A stretch of 64,000 bases of DNA, taken from contig JAHWKT010000001.1 of assembly GCA_019347695.1 (NCBI GenBank), positions 24,230-88,229 on the forward strand, read 5' to 3'. Both the position numbers and the translations under genes were made by a program. The notes under the pieces were generated by a model. That model saw only the letters and a program-made list of their open reading frames with translations. It searched no databases and had not been told where the DNA came from. Origin of the DNA: Actinomycetota bacterium (lineage in GTDB: Bacteria; Actinomycetota; Nitriliruptoria; Euzebyales; JAHELV01). Shown here piece by piece: positions 46,321-57,155 of the stretch (position 1 is its first letter; every line of letters begins with the position of its first letter).

Positions 46321-48345
46321 TCAGCCGCCGCCATTCCCATCGCCGTTGCCATTCCCATCGCCGTTGCCCGTCCCGTCGCCGCTGGTCTCCGGTCCGGTCG
46401 AGATGACCAGCGCGACCCGTGTCCCGGCATCGACCTCCTCGCCCGGCTCGGGGTTCGACTCGATGACGGTGCCGGGCTCCGGGAACTCGTCGCTGGCGCG
46501 GTTCTCGGTCTCACCTGGCACCAGTGAGGCATCGCGCAACGCGATGACCGCGTCGTCCACCCGCATCCCGACGAGATCCTCGGGCACGGTCGTCGTCGGG
46601 GTGGGCTCGGGCTCCGGCTCTGGCTCCTCCTCGGGCCCGCGGGAGACGACCAGTGTCACATCCGAACCCTTGGGAGCCTGCTGTCCACCCTCGGGTGACT
46701 GTCGGATGACCCGACCCGCCTCGACATCGCTGAACTCCTCGGTGACGAAGGCGCCGAAGCAGGGCTGGGGATCACAGGCATCGTTGAGTGCCTGCTCGGC
46801 GTCCTCTCGCTGCCGGTCGACCACGTCGGGCACCTGAGCCTGGTTCGAGCCGGTCGAGATCACCAGGTTGACCTCGGTGTCCTCGGGCACCTCGGTCCCT
46901 GGCGCGGGATCGGTTCGGATGACCAGGCCCTCCTTGACGGTGTCGCTCGCCTCCTCCGACACGTCGCCGACGCGCAGGCCGGCGTCATTGAGCTCCTGGC
47001 GAGCCTCACGGCGAGTGTCCTCTACGACGTTCGGGACCTCGACCGGCGGTGCACCGGTGTTGACCGTCAGCACGATCTCGGTGTCGATTGGTACCTGCTC
47101 ACCCGCTGCGGGGTTCTGGTCGACGACCGCGTTCTCTTCGAAGCCGGACTGCTGGGTCGACTCGGTCCGCACGTTCTCGAACCCGAGCGCGTCCAGCCGC
47201 TCCATCGCCTGCTCGACCTGCTCGCCGACGACGTCGGGCACGTCCTGGACGGTCTCGCCGCCGGCGAGGAAGCTGGTGAACAGCCACCACCCGCCGGCCA
47301 GCAGTGCCAGCAGCACCAGCACCGCGGCGATGACCCAGCCCGCGCGGCTGCGCGGCGGTTCGTCCTCGTAGTAGTCGTCGTAGTACGGCTGCTCGTCGAC
47401 CGGTTCGGTGTAGGAGCCCGACGACGACACCACCGTCTCGTCGTTGCGGCCACCGACGGCCTGGGTCGCCGCGATCGCACCGGCCATCGGTGCGGTGACC
47501 GGCACGCCCGCGCGTGCGCGCTCGAGATCTGCGTTGAACTCCCTGGCGGTCTGGTACCGGTCGTCGGGGTCCTTGGCCATCGCCTTGAGCGTGATCGCGT
47601 CGAGCTCGGGTGTGGACTCGTCGGACAGGTGCGACGGCGGCATCGGCATCGCCGACACGTGCTGGTAGGCCAACGCCACCGGGGAGTCCGCGTGGAACGG
47701 TTGCTGGCCGGCGAGCAGCTCGTACAGCACACAGCCCAGCGAGTAGACGTCGGTGCGGCGGTCGACCGCGTCGCCCTGCGCCTGCTCCGGCGAGACGTAG
47801 GCGGCGGTGCCGAAGACGGCGGCGGTCTCGGTGATCGTCTCCGCGTTGACCGCCCGGGCGATGCCGAAGTCGGTGACCTTCACCTCGCCGTCGTTCGAGA
47901 TCAGGATGTTGCCGGGCTTGATGTCCCGGTGGATCAGGCCGTGCTCGTGCGCGTAGTTCAGCGCGAGCGCCGCATCGCCGACGATCTCCGTCGATCGGCC
48001 CGCGGTGATGCGCTCACTGCGCGTCACCTCGCGCAGGCTGCGACCCCGGACGAGCTCCATGACGATGAAAGGGCGCCCACTGGCGTCGCCGGCGTCGTAC
48101 ACGCTGACGATGTTCGGGTGGTTGAGGCTGGCGGCCGACTGTGCCTCGCGGCGGAAGCGCAGCAGGAAGTTCGGGTCGTCGGCGTAGCGCGCGTGCAGGA
48201 TCTTGACCGCGACCTCGCGATCGAGCTGCTCGTCGTACGCGCGCTGGACGTCGGCCATCCCACCCTGGCCGATGCTGCCGCGCAACCGGTAGCGGCCGGC
48301 CAGCAGCGTCGGGACGCTACTCAGTGGCCTGGTGTCGTCTGACAT
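46321..48345 (-). CDS. pknB: Ser/Thr protein kinase PknB with four PASTA domains
   Basis: GQGGMADV, VAVKIL, HRDIKPGNIL, DFGIARA, a TM helix, four PASTA repeats, and a C-terminal (GNGD)n tail. Confidence 0.95.
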   Translation of the reverse strand: MSDDTRPLSSVPTLLAGRYRLRGSIGQGGMADVQRAYDEQLDREVAVKILHARYADDPNFLLRFRREAQSAASLNHPNIVSVYDAGDASGRPFIVMELVRGRSLREVTRSERITAGRSTEIVGDAALALNYAHEHGLIHRDIKPGNILISNDGEVKVTDFGIARAVNAETITETAAVFGTAAYVSPEQAQGDAVDRRTDVYSLGCVLYELLAGQQPFHADSPVALAYQHVSAMPMPPSHLSDESTPELDAITLKAMAKDPDDRYQTAREFNADLERARAGVPVTAPMAGAIAATQAVGGRNDETVVSSSGSYTEPVDEQPYYDDYYEDEPPRSRAGWVIAAVLVLLALLAGGWWLFTSFLAGGETVQDVPDVVGEQVEQAMERLDALGFENVRTESTQQSGFEENAVVDQNPAAGEQVPIDTEIVLTVNTGAPPVEVPNVVEDTRREARQELNDAGLRVGDVSEEASDTVKEGLVIRTDPAPGTEVPEDTEVNLVISTGSNQAQVPDVVDRQREDAEQALNDACDPQPCFGAFVTEEFSDVEAGRVIRQSPEGGQQAPKGSDVTLVVSRGPEEEPEPEPEPTPTTTVPEDLVGMRVDDAVIALRDASLVPGETENRASDEFPEPGTVIESNPEPGEEVDAGTRVALVISTGPETSGDGTGNGDGNGNGDGNGGG

Positions 48346-48381
48346 CGCTTCCTCGTTGGTTGCCGCCGTCGTGGCGGTGGG

Positions 48382-49872
48382 TCACTGCGTTGTGCCGAGC
48401 GCGGCCTGGATGACCTCGCGGGCCATCGGGCCTGCAATGGCACCGCCCGTTGCCTCGCTGCCCGCGCCGCCACCGTCAGGCACGACGACGGCGACCGCGA
48501 CGGCCGGGTTGTCTGCTGGTGCGAATCCTACGAACCACACGGTCGGCGGGCGACCTTCTCCAGTCTGCGCGGTCCCGGTCTTGCCCGCGACCTGGACGCC
48601 CGGGATGGCCGCGCTGGTTCCGCTGCCGGCGCTCACGACGTTGGTCATCATGGCCTGCAGGGCGTTGGCGGTGCTACGGCTGACCGCCTGCGCAGTCGAC
48701 TGTCCGGGCAGCCGCAGCTCCTCGGGCGCGAACTCGCGGATCACGCGCCCCGATGTGTCCTCGATGCGGTCCACGAGGCGCGGCGCCATCATGACGCCGT
48801 CGTTGGCGATGGCCGCGCTGACCATCGCCATCTGCAGTGGCGTCGCGCGCACATCGCGCTGTCCGATGGCGCTCTGCGCCGTCGCCGGCGGGTCGAGGTC
48901 CGACGGCACCCGACTGGTGGCCACGCCGGGCACCTGGAAGGACCACTCGGTGTTGAAGCCGAAGCGAGCCGCCTGCTCGGCGAGCTCTTCGGAGCCGAGC
49001 TCCAGTCCGAGCTGGGCGAAGGTGGTGTTGCAGCTGACGGTCAACGCCTGGGTCAGGCTGATCGGCTGCCCGCCGTTGCACAGCGATCCACCGAAGTTGC
49101 CGATCGTCGCCGACGTCTGCGGCAGCTCGAGCTGTGGTGGGTCGGGGAACGTCTGCTCGGGACTGACCCCGTTCTCCAGCGCCGCTGCGGCCGTGATCAG
49201 CTTGAACGTGGATCCAGGCGGATACGACTCGCGGAGCGCACGGTTGAGCAACGGCTTGGCGGAGTTGTCGTTGAGTCGCTGCCATGCCGCCCGCACCTCG
49301 TCGGGATCGTGGCTCGCCAGTTCATTGGGGTCGTACGGCGGCGATGACCACAGCGCGAGGATCTCGCCGGTCGGCGGCGCGACGGCCACGACGGCGCCCT
49401 CGCGGTCGCCCAGGGCGTCGCGGGCGGCCTGCTGTACCTCGCCGCGGACCGTCGTGTGGACCGCGTCGCCGGCGCGCTCGCGACCGGCCAGCAGGTCCGT
49501 GAGGTTGCGGGCGAACGCCTCCGGCGCGTTGCCGGTCAGCGCCTCGTTGAACGCCTGCTCGATCTCGGAGCGACCGAAGATCGGGGAGGAGTAGCCGGTG
49601 ACATGGGCGAACAGCGGGCCGCTGTCATAGGTCCGCAGGAACTTCAGCTCGCCTCGCGTCTCGACCGACTCCGCGATCGGCCGCGTGTCCGCGCCGCGCC
49701 CCTCGAGGATCCGCCCGCGCTCCGACTGGTACTCGGCGACGAGCCGTCGTGCGTTCGCGCTGTCCGAGGCGAGATCGTCCGCGCGGACGACCTGCAGGTA
49801 GTTCAGGTTGACGAACAGCGCCCCGAACAGCAGCAGCATCGTCAGCGCCACCCGCCTGATGCTCGCGGTCAC
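48382..49872 (-). CDS. pbpA: Penicillin-binding protein A (class B transpeptidase)
   Basis: STFK (PGSTFKLITA), a variant of the SxN motif, and KTGTAQ. Confidence 0.9.
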   Translation of the reverse strand: MTASIRRVALTMLLLFGALFVNLNYLQVVRADDLASDSANARRLVAEYQSERGRILEGRGADTRPIAESVETRGELKFLRTYDSGPLFAHVTGYSSPIFGRSEIEQAFNEALTGNAPEAFARNLTDLLAGRERAGDAVHTTVRGEVQQAARDALGDREGAVVAVAPPTGEILALWSSPPYDPNELASHDPDEVRAAWQRLNDNSAKPLLNRALRESYPPGSTFKLITAAAALENGVSPEQTFPDPPQLELPQTSATIGNFGGSLCNGGQPISLTQALTVSCNTTFAQLGLELGSEELAEQAARFGFNTEWSFQVPGVATSRVPSDLDPPATAQSAIGQRDVRATPLQMAMVSAAIANDGVMMAPRLVDRIEDTSGRVIREFAPEELRLPGQSTAQAVSRSTANALQAMMTNVVSAGSGTSAAIPGVQVAGKTGTAQTGEGRPPTVWFVGFAPADNPAVAVAVVVPDGGGAGSEATGGAIAGPMAREVIQAALGTTQ

Positions 49873-51365
49873 GCCGACGACTCCGCCCGCGCGCGGCGCC
49901 GCGGTGCGGGCCGGGTGCCGACCTCACCGGTCGACACCCGGATGAGCAACGCCACCAGGATGTAATTGGCGAGCAGCGACGACCCACCGTACGACACGAA
50001 TGGTAGCGTCAGACCCGTCAGCGGGATCAGCCTGGTGACGCCGCCGACGATGATGAACACCTGCAGCGCGTAGAGCGTCACCAGGCCCAGCGCGAGCAGT
50101 TGGCCGAACTCCTGCCGGCAGCGCAGCGCGATCCGGTAGCCGCGCCCGATGAACAGCAGGTAGCACAGCAGCAGCGCGGTGGTGCCCAGCAGGCCGGCCT
50201 CCTCGCCGAACGCGCTGAAGATGAAGTCGGTCGACACGATGGGGATGAAGTCGGGGTGTCCCTGGCCGAGGCCGACGCCGGCGACGCCCCCGGTGCCCAA
50301 CGCGAACAGCGACTGCTGCAGCTGGCCGGCGCCGAACGCGTCGCTGTTCCACAGGTCGAGCCAGATGCCGATCCGATCCTGCACGTGCCCGAAGAGCAGG
50401 AAGGCGATGTAGCCGCCGATCGCGAACAGTCCGAGGCCGCCGATGACGTAGGCAGGGCGGGCGGTTGCGACGTACAGCATGCTGATGAACAGCCCGAACA
50501 GCAGCAACGACAGCCCCAGGTCGCGCTCGAACACCAGGACGGCCAGGCTGAGGCCCCACACCGCCAGCACCGGCCCGAAGGCGCGGGCCGGTGGGACCAT
50601 GAGCGGGCCCACGCGGTTGGTGGCGACCGTCAGCAGCTGACGGTTCTCGGCGAGGTAGCTGGCGAAGAAGATCGCCAACCCGATCTTCGCGAACTCCCCC
50701 GGCTGGATGGAGAACCCGGCGAACCGGATCCACAGGTCGGCGCCGTTGATGGTCGCCCCGATGAACGGCAGCAGTGGCATCAACAGCAGGGCGATGGCCG
50801 CGACGCCGATGCTGTAGCGGTAGCGATCGAGGATCTCGTAGTCGCGGCTGAGGAGCAGGGTCGCGATCATCAGCGCCACACCGATGATCGTCCAGATGGT
50901 CTGCGACGGCGCGAGCTCCGACGCCTCGCTCGCGGCGAGCGCATAGTCGATCCGTCGGATCATGACCAGACCGAGGCCGTTGAGCACGAATGCCAGCGGG
51001 AACAGCAGCGGGTCCGCTCCCGGGGTGACCCGGCGCATGAACAGGTGCGTGCCGACGGCGATCGCCGCGAGGACGCCGCCGTACCCGGCCATGCCGGCCG
51101 GCAACTGCGGCTCGCGCGCCAGGCCGACCAGCGCGTACGCCGCCAGGCAGAGGATCAGCGCCAGCACGAGCAGTCCCAGCTCGGTGTTGGCCCGGCGCCG
51201 GGCCTCGAGCTTGGCCTCGGACGGGTTCACGGTCCTGGAGAGCTTGCGCCGGCAGGGCTGCTCGGCTCGCGTTGACCAGGCGGCGCCTCGCGTCGTTGCC
51301 GTCGTCGCACGTACAACACCGGTACGTTCTCCTCCGTCGCCTCGCGACGCATCCACCTGGACCAA
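49869..51365 (-). CDS. rodA: SEDS-family peptidoglycan glycosyltransferase RodA/FtsW
   Basis: Multi-TM protein with the conserved C-terminus GVTRLIPLTGLTLPFVSYGGSS. The start is uncertain and may be internal. Confidence 0.9.
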   Translation of the reverse strand: MVQVDASRGDGGERTGVVRATTATTRGAAWSTRAEQPCRRKLSRTVNPSEAKLEARRRANTELGLLVLALILCLAAYALVGLAREPQLPAGMAGYGGVLAAIAVGTHLFMRRVTPGADPLLFPLAFVLNGLGLVMIRRIDYALAASEASELAPSQTIWTIIGVALMIATLLLSRDYEILDRYRYSIGVAAIALLLMPLLPFIGATINGADLWIRFAGFSIQPGEFAKIGLAIFFASYLAENRQLLTVATNRVGPLMVPPARAFGPVLAVWGLSLAVLVFERDLGLSLLLFGLFISMLYVATARPAYVIGGLGLFAIGGYIAFLLFGHVQDRIGIWLDLWNSDAFGAGQLQQSLFALGTGGVAGVGLGQGHPDFIPIVSTDFIFSAFGEEAGLLGTTALLLCYLLFIGRGYRIALRCRQEFGQLLALGLVTLYALQVFIIVGGVTRLIPLTGLTLPFVSYGGSSLLANYILVALLIRVSTGEVGTRPAPRRRARAESSA

Positions 51366-51384
51366 CGCTCGCTCATCGAGCCCC

Positions 51385-52806
51385 CTACCGGCGCAAGCTC
51401 TCAGACGGTTCGATCAACGGGTCCCCGACATCCGAGGACGGCTGGCTCTGCTGCAGCTGGCTCTGCAGGTCCTCCACGATGCGCCGTGCATCGTCGAGGC
51501 TCTGCGCGGGCAGGCCGTCGGTGATGGACTGTTGGCGAAACGCCGGGAACTCCTCGATGCGTGTCGTGGTGATCTCCGTCGGCACGACCCGTGCGGCGGA
51601 GACGCCGAGGATCGGCTGGGGAACGCCACGGTAGATGGCCACCACGCCCTCGTGCGCGCCCACGAAGTAGGATCGGGACAGCAGCAGCCATCCCCCGCCG
51701 AGGAGCAGGCCGGCGAGCACCAGCACCACGAGCAGTGCCGCGGCGATGCGGGCGACCGGCAGCCGACGCGTACGATCGGTCGTCCGGTCCGCGCGACGTG
51801 CCGCGCCGATCCGACCCAGGCGTGTGGCCCACGGCTCGTCCGACGTCGGCGGGCTGGTGTCGATGCTGATCTGCCGTCGGGCATCCGGCGACGCGTCCGA
51901 CCCGGTCGTGCCCGACGGATCCGTTCGCGCGGTGCTGTCGGGCGGTTCGTCGGGTTGGGTCGCAAGCTGCTGGGTGTCCTTCGCGCCGGCGTCGTCGCTG
52001 GCGCTCGTGTCGTCGCTGGTGGCGGCGGTCGCGGCGGTCGCGGCGGTCGCGTGGGCCCACCGGGCACCCACCCGCACCAGCACCGCGGTGATGTTGTCAG
52101 GGCCGCCGGCCTCGTTCGCGTGGGCCAGCAGGGTGGCGACGGCCTCATCGCCATCGGGGGTCGAGTACAGGGTCGACGCGATGCGCTCGTCGGTCACCGG
52201 ACCCGACAGGCCGTCGGAGCAGAGCAGGATCTGATCGCCGTCGCGCAGGGTGATCGGCGGCAGCACCTCGATCTCGACGGTCGATTCGTGACCGATCGCC
52301 CGGGTGATCACATTGCGCTGCGGGTGGGTCGCCGCCTCGTCGCGTGACAGCCGCCCCTCCTGCACCAGCCGCTCGACCAGGGTGTGGTCGGTGGTCAGCT
52401 GGCTGATCTGCTCCTCGTCGCGCAGCAGGTAGGCGCGGCTGTCGCCGACGTGCGCCACGTGGAGCTGACCTTCGCGGATCGCGACGGCGGTCAGCGTGGT
52501 TCCCATCCCCTCGAGCTGCGGGTCCTGCGCGGCCCGCTCGACCACCAGCGTGTTGGCCTCGCGCACTGCGGTGGCGAGCAGGTCACCGATGTCGGCGGGG
52601 CCGGTCACATCCAGCAGGTCGATGTCACGCAACGGCTCCAGCGCCGCGTCCGACGCGATCTCGCCAGCCTGGTGCCCGCCCATGCCGTCGGCTACGGCGA
52701 ACACCGCGTCGCCCATCAGGAAGCTGTCCTCGTTGCCCGTGCGCACGCGACCGGTGTGCGTCGCGCCGAACGCCCGCACCGCCAACGCATGCCGGTGCAG
52801 CGTCAC
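51385..52806 (-). CDS. pstP: PP2C Ser/Thr phosphatase with TM helix and extracellular domain
   Basis: NEDSF, VADGMGGHQAGE, LLCSDGL and GGPDNITAV. Confidence 0.9.
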   Translation of the reverse strand: MTLHRHALAVRAFGATHTGRVRTGNEDSFLMGDAVFAVADGMGGHQAGEIASDAALEPLRDIDLLDVTGPADIGDLLATAVREANTLVVERAAQDPQLEGMGTTLTAVAIREGQLHVAHVGDSRAYLLRDEEQISQLTTDHTLVERLVQEGRLSRDEAATHPQRNVITRAIGHESTVEIEVLPPITLRDGDQILLCSDGLSGPVTDERIASTLYSTPDGDEAVATLLAHANEAGGPDNITAVLVRVGARWAHATAATAATAATSDDTSASDDAGAKDTQQLATQPDEPPDSTARTDPSGTTGSDASPDARRQISIDTSPPTSDEPWATRLGRIGAARRADRTTDRTRRLPVARIAAALLVVLVLAGLLLGGGWLLLSRSYFVGAHEGVVAIYRGVPQPILGVSAARVVPTEITTTRIEEFPAFRQQSITDGLPAQSLDDARRIVEDLQSQLQQSQPSSDVGDPLIEPSESLRR

Positions 52807-53273
52807 TTCCTGACCTCGACGATCGTCTTTCCGATCCCGAGCTGGTCACCTGCCGCGATCCGCGTGGGTGCGGTCACCTTCACCCGATTGAGGAACGTCC
52901 CGTTGGTCGACTTCAGATCCGCGACCATCCAGCTGCCGTCCGCCTCGTAGATGCGCGCGTGGTCGTCGCTGACGTACGGATCCTCGAGCCGCACTGTACT
53001 CGATGGGGATCGGCCGAAGAGCACGTTCTGGCCGCGCAGCTCGATGACCCGCGGTCGCCCGTCGGGGAAGTGGATCACCAGCTGGCTGGGGTCGGCCCGA
53101 TTCGAGCTGGGCGTTGCGGGCGACGCCTCGGCTGCCGGCCGGCGCGCCCGCGGGCGCGCCGGTACCGGCCCGAACCGCAGGTCGCGGACGACCGCCCGGA
53201 CCGCACGCCACACAAAGATGTACAGCAGCAACAGGAAGAAGCCCTGGAGCAACCACAGGATGATGGGCGGCAT
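52803..53273 (-). CDS. fhaB: FHA-domain protein FhaB/FipA
   Basis: N-terminal TM helix and C-terminal FHA domain (GRS....V.L.D..VS..HARI....G.W...DL.STNGTF). Confidence 0.85.
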   Translation of the reverse strand: MPPIILWLLQGFFLLLLYIFVWRAVRAVVRDLRFGPVPARPRARRPAAEASPATPSSNRADPSQLVIHFPDGRPRVIELRGQNVLFGRSPSSTVRLEDPYVSDDHARIYEADGSWMVADLKSTNGTFLNRVKVTAPTRIAAGDQLGIGKTIVEVRK

Positions 53274-53279
53274 GGAGAT

Positions 53280-53996
53280 CTAGGAGCCCGCGACGAACCG
53301 CAACCTGACATTGCCGAGCTCGATGTCCTCACCGCCGCGGAGGTACTCGCGGTCCACGCTCGTCCCGTTGACCATCACCCCGTTGGTGGAGCCGAGATCT
53401 TCGACCAGCCAGCCGTTCGACGCCTTGCTGATCCGTGCGTGGCGGCGGGAGACCGACGGATCATCGAGCTGCACATCGCATCCGGGCATCCGGCCGATGA
53501 CCGCCTGGTTGGGCAGCTGGACCGTCTGGCCGGCCTGGTCGACGAGCTCCAACGACGCGCGCGCGGCGCCCGACGGCGTGGCGGACTGCGTGCTCGCCGG
53601 CGGCGGTTGGGCGGCCGGCCCGCCGGGCGACGCCTCCACCTTGCCGCGCAGCTCGTAGGTGCCCAGTGGCACCTGCTCGTCGACGGCGAGCTCGATCCGT
53701 GCCGGTCCGCGCAGCTGCCAGCCGCGCTCCGCAGCGGTCCGCACGAGCACGTCGCTCAACTCATTGGCCAACGACTCGCCGAACTCCCGGAAGCGTTCGT
53801 GGTCCGCCGGATTCAGCTCGAAGCGGTAGACGTTGGGCACGAACACGCCGTCGACGCCGACGTTCTGGTAGTTGCCGGCGTAGCGCTGGACCGCCTTCGC
53901 GAGCTCCACGGGTTGCAGCCCGGAACGGAACGCACGGGCGAAGAACCCCTCGACAGCGCCTTCGAGACGTCGTTCAAAATCTCGCAGAACACTCAT
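53280..53996 (-). CDS. fhaA: FhaA (DUF3662 N-terminal domain plus C-terminal FHA domain)
   Basis: MSVLRDFERRLEGAVEGFFARAF... and the FHA region IGRMPGCDVQLDDPSVSRRHARI...DLGSTNG. Start moved to the ATG at 53996. Confidence 0.85.
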   Translation of the reverse strand: MSVLRDFERRLEGAVEGFFARAFRSGLQPVELAKAVQRYAGNYQNVGVDGVFVPNVYRFELNPADHERFREFGESLANELSDVLVRTAAERGWQLRGPARIELAVDEQVPLGTYELRGKVEASPGGPAAQPPPASTQSATPSGAARASLELVDQAGQTVQLPNQAVIGRMPGCDVQLDDPSVSRRHARISKASNGWLVEDLGSTNGVMVNGTSVDREYLRGGEDIELGNVRLRFVAGS

Positions 53997-54124
53997 CCGT
54001 TCGCTCGGTTCCTCGAGGTCGGGGGCACGTGAACCGTGCGCCGCCACATGCGGGCCGGGTACGCACGCCGCAACATGTCTGTGGCGATGCTACACTCCGC
54101 GCGCTGCGGCGCTGATCGTCTCGA

Positions 54125-54212
<88 letters not shown>

Positions 54213-54256
54213 GTCGGCGCCGCCGTGTCGGTCGTGGCGCGCGCCCAGGCGATCAT

Positions 54257-54922
54257 CTATCTGGGTCGCCTGATGTTGGGCAGCGGACCCTTGGGGATCG
54301 GCAGATCCGAGCCGCCGAGTGCCGCGAGTCTGCGTTCGAGCGCACCGATCTCCTTCGTCTTCACCGCCCGTGGCAGCTTCATGAGGTGGACGCGAAGCTG
54401 TGCCAGCTCGACCTGCCCGTCGGCGGTGCCCACGTTGATCTCGTGCACGGGCACGTCACCGCTGATCCGCGCCGTCTTGCGCGCCTCCTGCCTGAGCAGC
54501 GCCTTGACCCGTGCCCGCCGGCCCTCACCGATCAGCACGACGCCGGGCCGGCCGACCACGCGGTGCACCAGATCCTGCTTGCCGCTGAAGGCGACGGCCG
54601 GCGTGACCTTCCAGGCGCCACGAAGCGACTGGACGACCGCGAGCGCCGCACCGGGTTGGCCTTCGATGCGGGCGATCGCGGCCCGTTGACCACGGATGCC
54701 CAGGATCAGCATTGCGGCTGCCGCCGCCGTCGCCAGGCCGCTGATCACGCCGACGATCGGGGCGCCGAGATAGGTCAGCACCAGCAGGGGGACCGCCAGA
54801 CCAACCAGCGCGGCGATGAGCATGTAGGACACGAGACGGGGATCGGCCGCACGGGTCTGCTGGAAGGTCAGACCGATTTGTCTGAGGCGGCCGCCTAGTC
54901 GGTCACGGAATCGGGAAGCCAT
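54257..54922 (-). CDS. Two-TM membrane protein (DUF4191-like)
   Basis: MASRFRDRLGGRLRQIGLTFQQTR...two TM helices...soluble C-terminus. The family name is from memory. Confidence 0.55.
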   Translation of the reverse strand: MASRFRDRLGGRLRQIGLTFQQTRAADPRLVSYMLIAALVGLAVPLLVLTYLGAPIVGVISGLATAAAAAMLILGIRGQRAAIARIEGQPGAALAVVQSLRGAWKVTPAVAFSGKQDLVHRVVGRPGVVLIGEGRRARVKALLRQEARKTARISGDVPVHEINVGTADGQVELAQLRVHLMKLPRAVKTKEIGALERRLAALGGSDLPIPKGPLPNIRRPR

Positions 54923-54978
54923 GAAATGATGGTAGGCCGTTGCGTGCATGCTGTGCACGCCTCGTCGGGAGAACGCAC

Positions 54979-57045
54979 ATGACCGAGACGTCGGCTGTCG
55001 GCCTGGGCAGTGCGCGGTACCTCAATCGCGAGCTGTCGACGATGGCGTTCAATGCCCGGGTGCTCGCGGTCGCCGCCGACAAGCGACGTCCCCTGCTCGA
55101 GCGTGCCAAGTTCCTGGCGATCTTCGCGACCAACAACGACGAGTTCTTCCAGAAGCGCGTCGGTGGCCTGATCGAGCAGGCCAGCACCGGCGCCGACACG
55201 GTGTCACCCGACCAGCTCCCGCCTTCCGAGCAGCTGGCGGCGGTACGGACGTACGCGCAGGAGCTGGCGGACCGCCAGTCCGCACTGTTCAACGACGAGA
55301 TCGCCCCCGGTCTGGCGGCGGGAGGTCTGCAGCTGTGTGGCTGGGACGATCTCGATGACGACGAGCACGACTACATCACCGGCTACTTCGACGACCAGGT
55401 CTTCCCGGTGCTGACACCGCTCGCGATCGATCCGGGTCACCCGTTCCCCCACATCTCCAGCCTGTCGCTGAACCTCGCGGTGGTGCTGCACGAACCGGAC
55501 CGCTCGCGGCGCCAGCTGGCACGGGTGAAGGTGCCGTCGCTGCTCGACCGGTTCGTCGGGCTCCCCGGCGGTGCGCGGTACGTACCGATCGAGATCGTCA
55601 TCGCCAACAAGCTCGAGACGCTGTTCCCCGGGATGGAGGTGCGCGAATGGCACCAGTTCCGGGTGACCCGCAACGCGGACCTCGCGATCCGCGAGAACGA
55701 GGCGGAGGATCTGCTCGAGACCATCGAGGACCACCTGCTCGAACGTCGCTTCGGGCGAGCGGTCCGCCTCGAGCTGCATCCGTCGATGCCCGACTGGCTG
55801 CTGGAGCGCCTGCGGCGCGAGCTCGACATCGACGCGTCGGCCGTGACGACCGTCGACGCGCCGCTGGACATGTCCGCGCTGTGGCAGCTGTACGGCGGCG
55901 GACCCGCCGTGCTGCGCGACCCGTCGTGGGAGCCGCAGGTGCCGGCACGGCTGGCCCAGCTCGACGGCAGGCCGGGCGCGATCTTCTCCGAGATCGCCGA
56001 GGGGGACATCTTCGTCCATCACCCCTACGACAGCTTCGATGCGTCCGTGCAGCGGTTCATCGTCGACGCGTCGCGGGATCCGGCGGTGCTCGCCATCAAG
56101 GTGTCGATCTACCGGACCACCGAGGAGGAGAGCCCGATCGTCGAGGCCCTGATCCGCGCCGCCGAGGCGGAGAAGCAGGCGGTCGCCATGGTCGAGCTCA
56201 AGGCGAGGTTCGACGAGGAGGCCAACATCCAGCGGGCGCGCCGTCTGGAGGACGCCGGCGTCCACGTGGCCTACGGGCTGATCGGTCTGAAGACCCACTC
56301 CAAGATCGCGTTGGTCATCCGCGAGGAGGAGGGCGCGCTGCGCCGCTACGCCCACATCGGCACGGGCAACTACAACCCGAGCACCGCCAAGATCTACGAG
56401 GACATCGGCGTGCTGACGCGTGATCCGGACATCGGCCACGATCTGTCGCAGCTGTTCAACACGCTGACCGGCTACAGCCGGCACGACGCCTACCGCCGGT
56501 TGCTCGTCGCGCCACGTTCGCTGCGGCCGCGCATGATGGAGCTGATCGAGCGGGAGATCGAGGCCGACGACGGGCACATCGTCGCGAAGGTCAACAACCT
56601 GGTCGACATCGACATGATCGATGCTTTCTACGACGCGTCCGAGGCCGGGACACCGGTCGACCTGATCGTGCGCAGCATCTGCTGCCTACGTCCTGGAGTG
56701 AGGGATCTCAGCGAACACATCCGGGTACGGTCGATCGTCGGCGACTTCCTCGAGCACTCGCGGATCTTCCGCTTCGGGTCCCCGGAGCGCGGCTGCGACT
56801 ACCTCATCGGCTCGGCGGACCTGATGCCGCGCAACCTCGACCGCCGCGTGGAGGCCGTGCTGCCGGTGACCGACGAGGACGCGTGCGCCCGACTGCAACA
56901 GATCCTCGACGTCGAGTTCGCCGACGACCGGTTGGCGTGGGAGCTCGACGGCGACGACGGGAGCTGGCACCGTGTCGAAGAGGGCGACGGCGTCCACACC
57001 CACGAGCGACTGCGCCACCTGGCCATCGAGCGCGCCGACGCGTGA
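54979..57045 (+). CDS. ppk: Polyphosphate kinase 1
   Basis: YLNRELS..AFN.RVL, FLAIF..NNDEFF, and two PLD-like HKD regions (GLKTHSKIALV..., EHSRIFRF). Confidence 0.95.
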   Translation: MTETSAVGLGSARYLNRELSTMAFNARVLAVAADKRRPLLERAKFLAIFATNNDEFFQKRVGGLIEQASTGADTVSPDQLPPSEQLAAVRTYAQELADRQSALFNDEIAPGLAAGGLQLCGWDDLDDDEHDYITGYFDDQVFPVLTPLAIDPGHPFPHISSLSLNLAVVLHEPDRSRRQLARVKVPSLLDRFVGLPGGARYVPIEIVIANKLETLFPGMEVREWHQFRVTRNADLAIRENEAEDLLETIEDHLLERRFGRAVRLELHPSMPDWLLERLRRELDIDASAVTTVDAPLDMSALWQLYGGGPAVLRDPSWEPQVPARLAQLDGRPGAIFSEIAEGDIFVHHPYDSFDASVQRFIVDASRDPAVLAIKVSIYRTTEEESPIVEALIRAAEAEKQAVAMVELKARFDEEANIQRARRLEDAGVHVAYGLIGLKTHSKIALVIREEEGALRRYAHIGTGNYNPSTAKIYEDIGVLTRDPDIGHDLSQLFNTLTGYSRHDAYRRLLVAPRSLRPRMMELIEREIEADDGHIVAKVNNLVDIDMIDAFYDASEAGTPVDLIVRSICCLRPGVRDLSEHIRVRSIVGDFLEHSRIFRFGSPERGCDYLIGSADLMPRNLDRRVEAVLPVTDEDACARLQQILDVEFADDRLAWELDGDDGSWHRVEEGDGVHTHERLRHLAIERADA

Positions 57046-57155
57046 CCCGCCGGCCGCCGACCCCCGGACGTCCGATGGCACGTGGACGTGGGGGCAGGAG
57101 GTGGTGACGCGAGGCCTCGCTACGCTGCTGAGGTGGTCAACGCTCGAGGCTCGTC

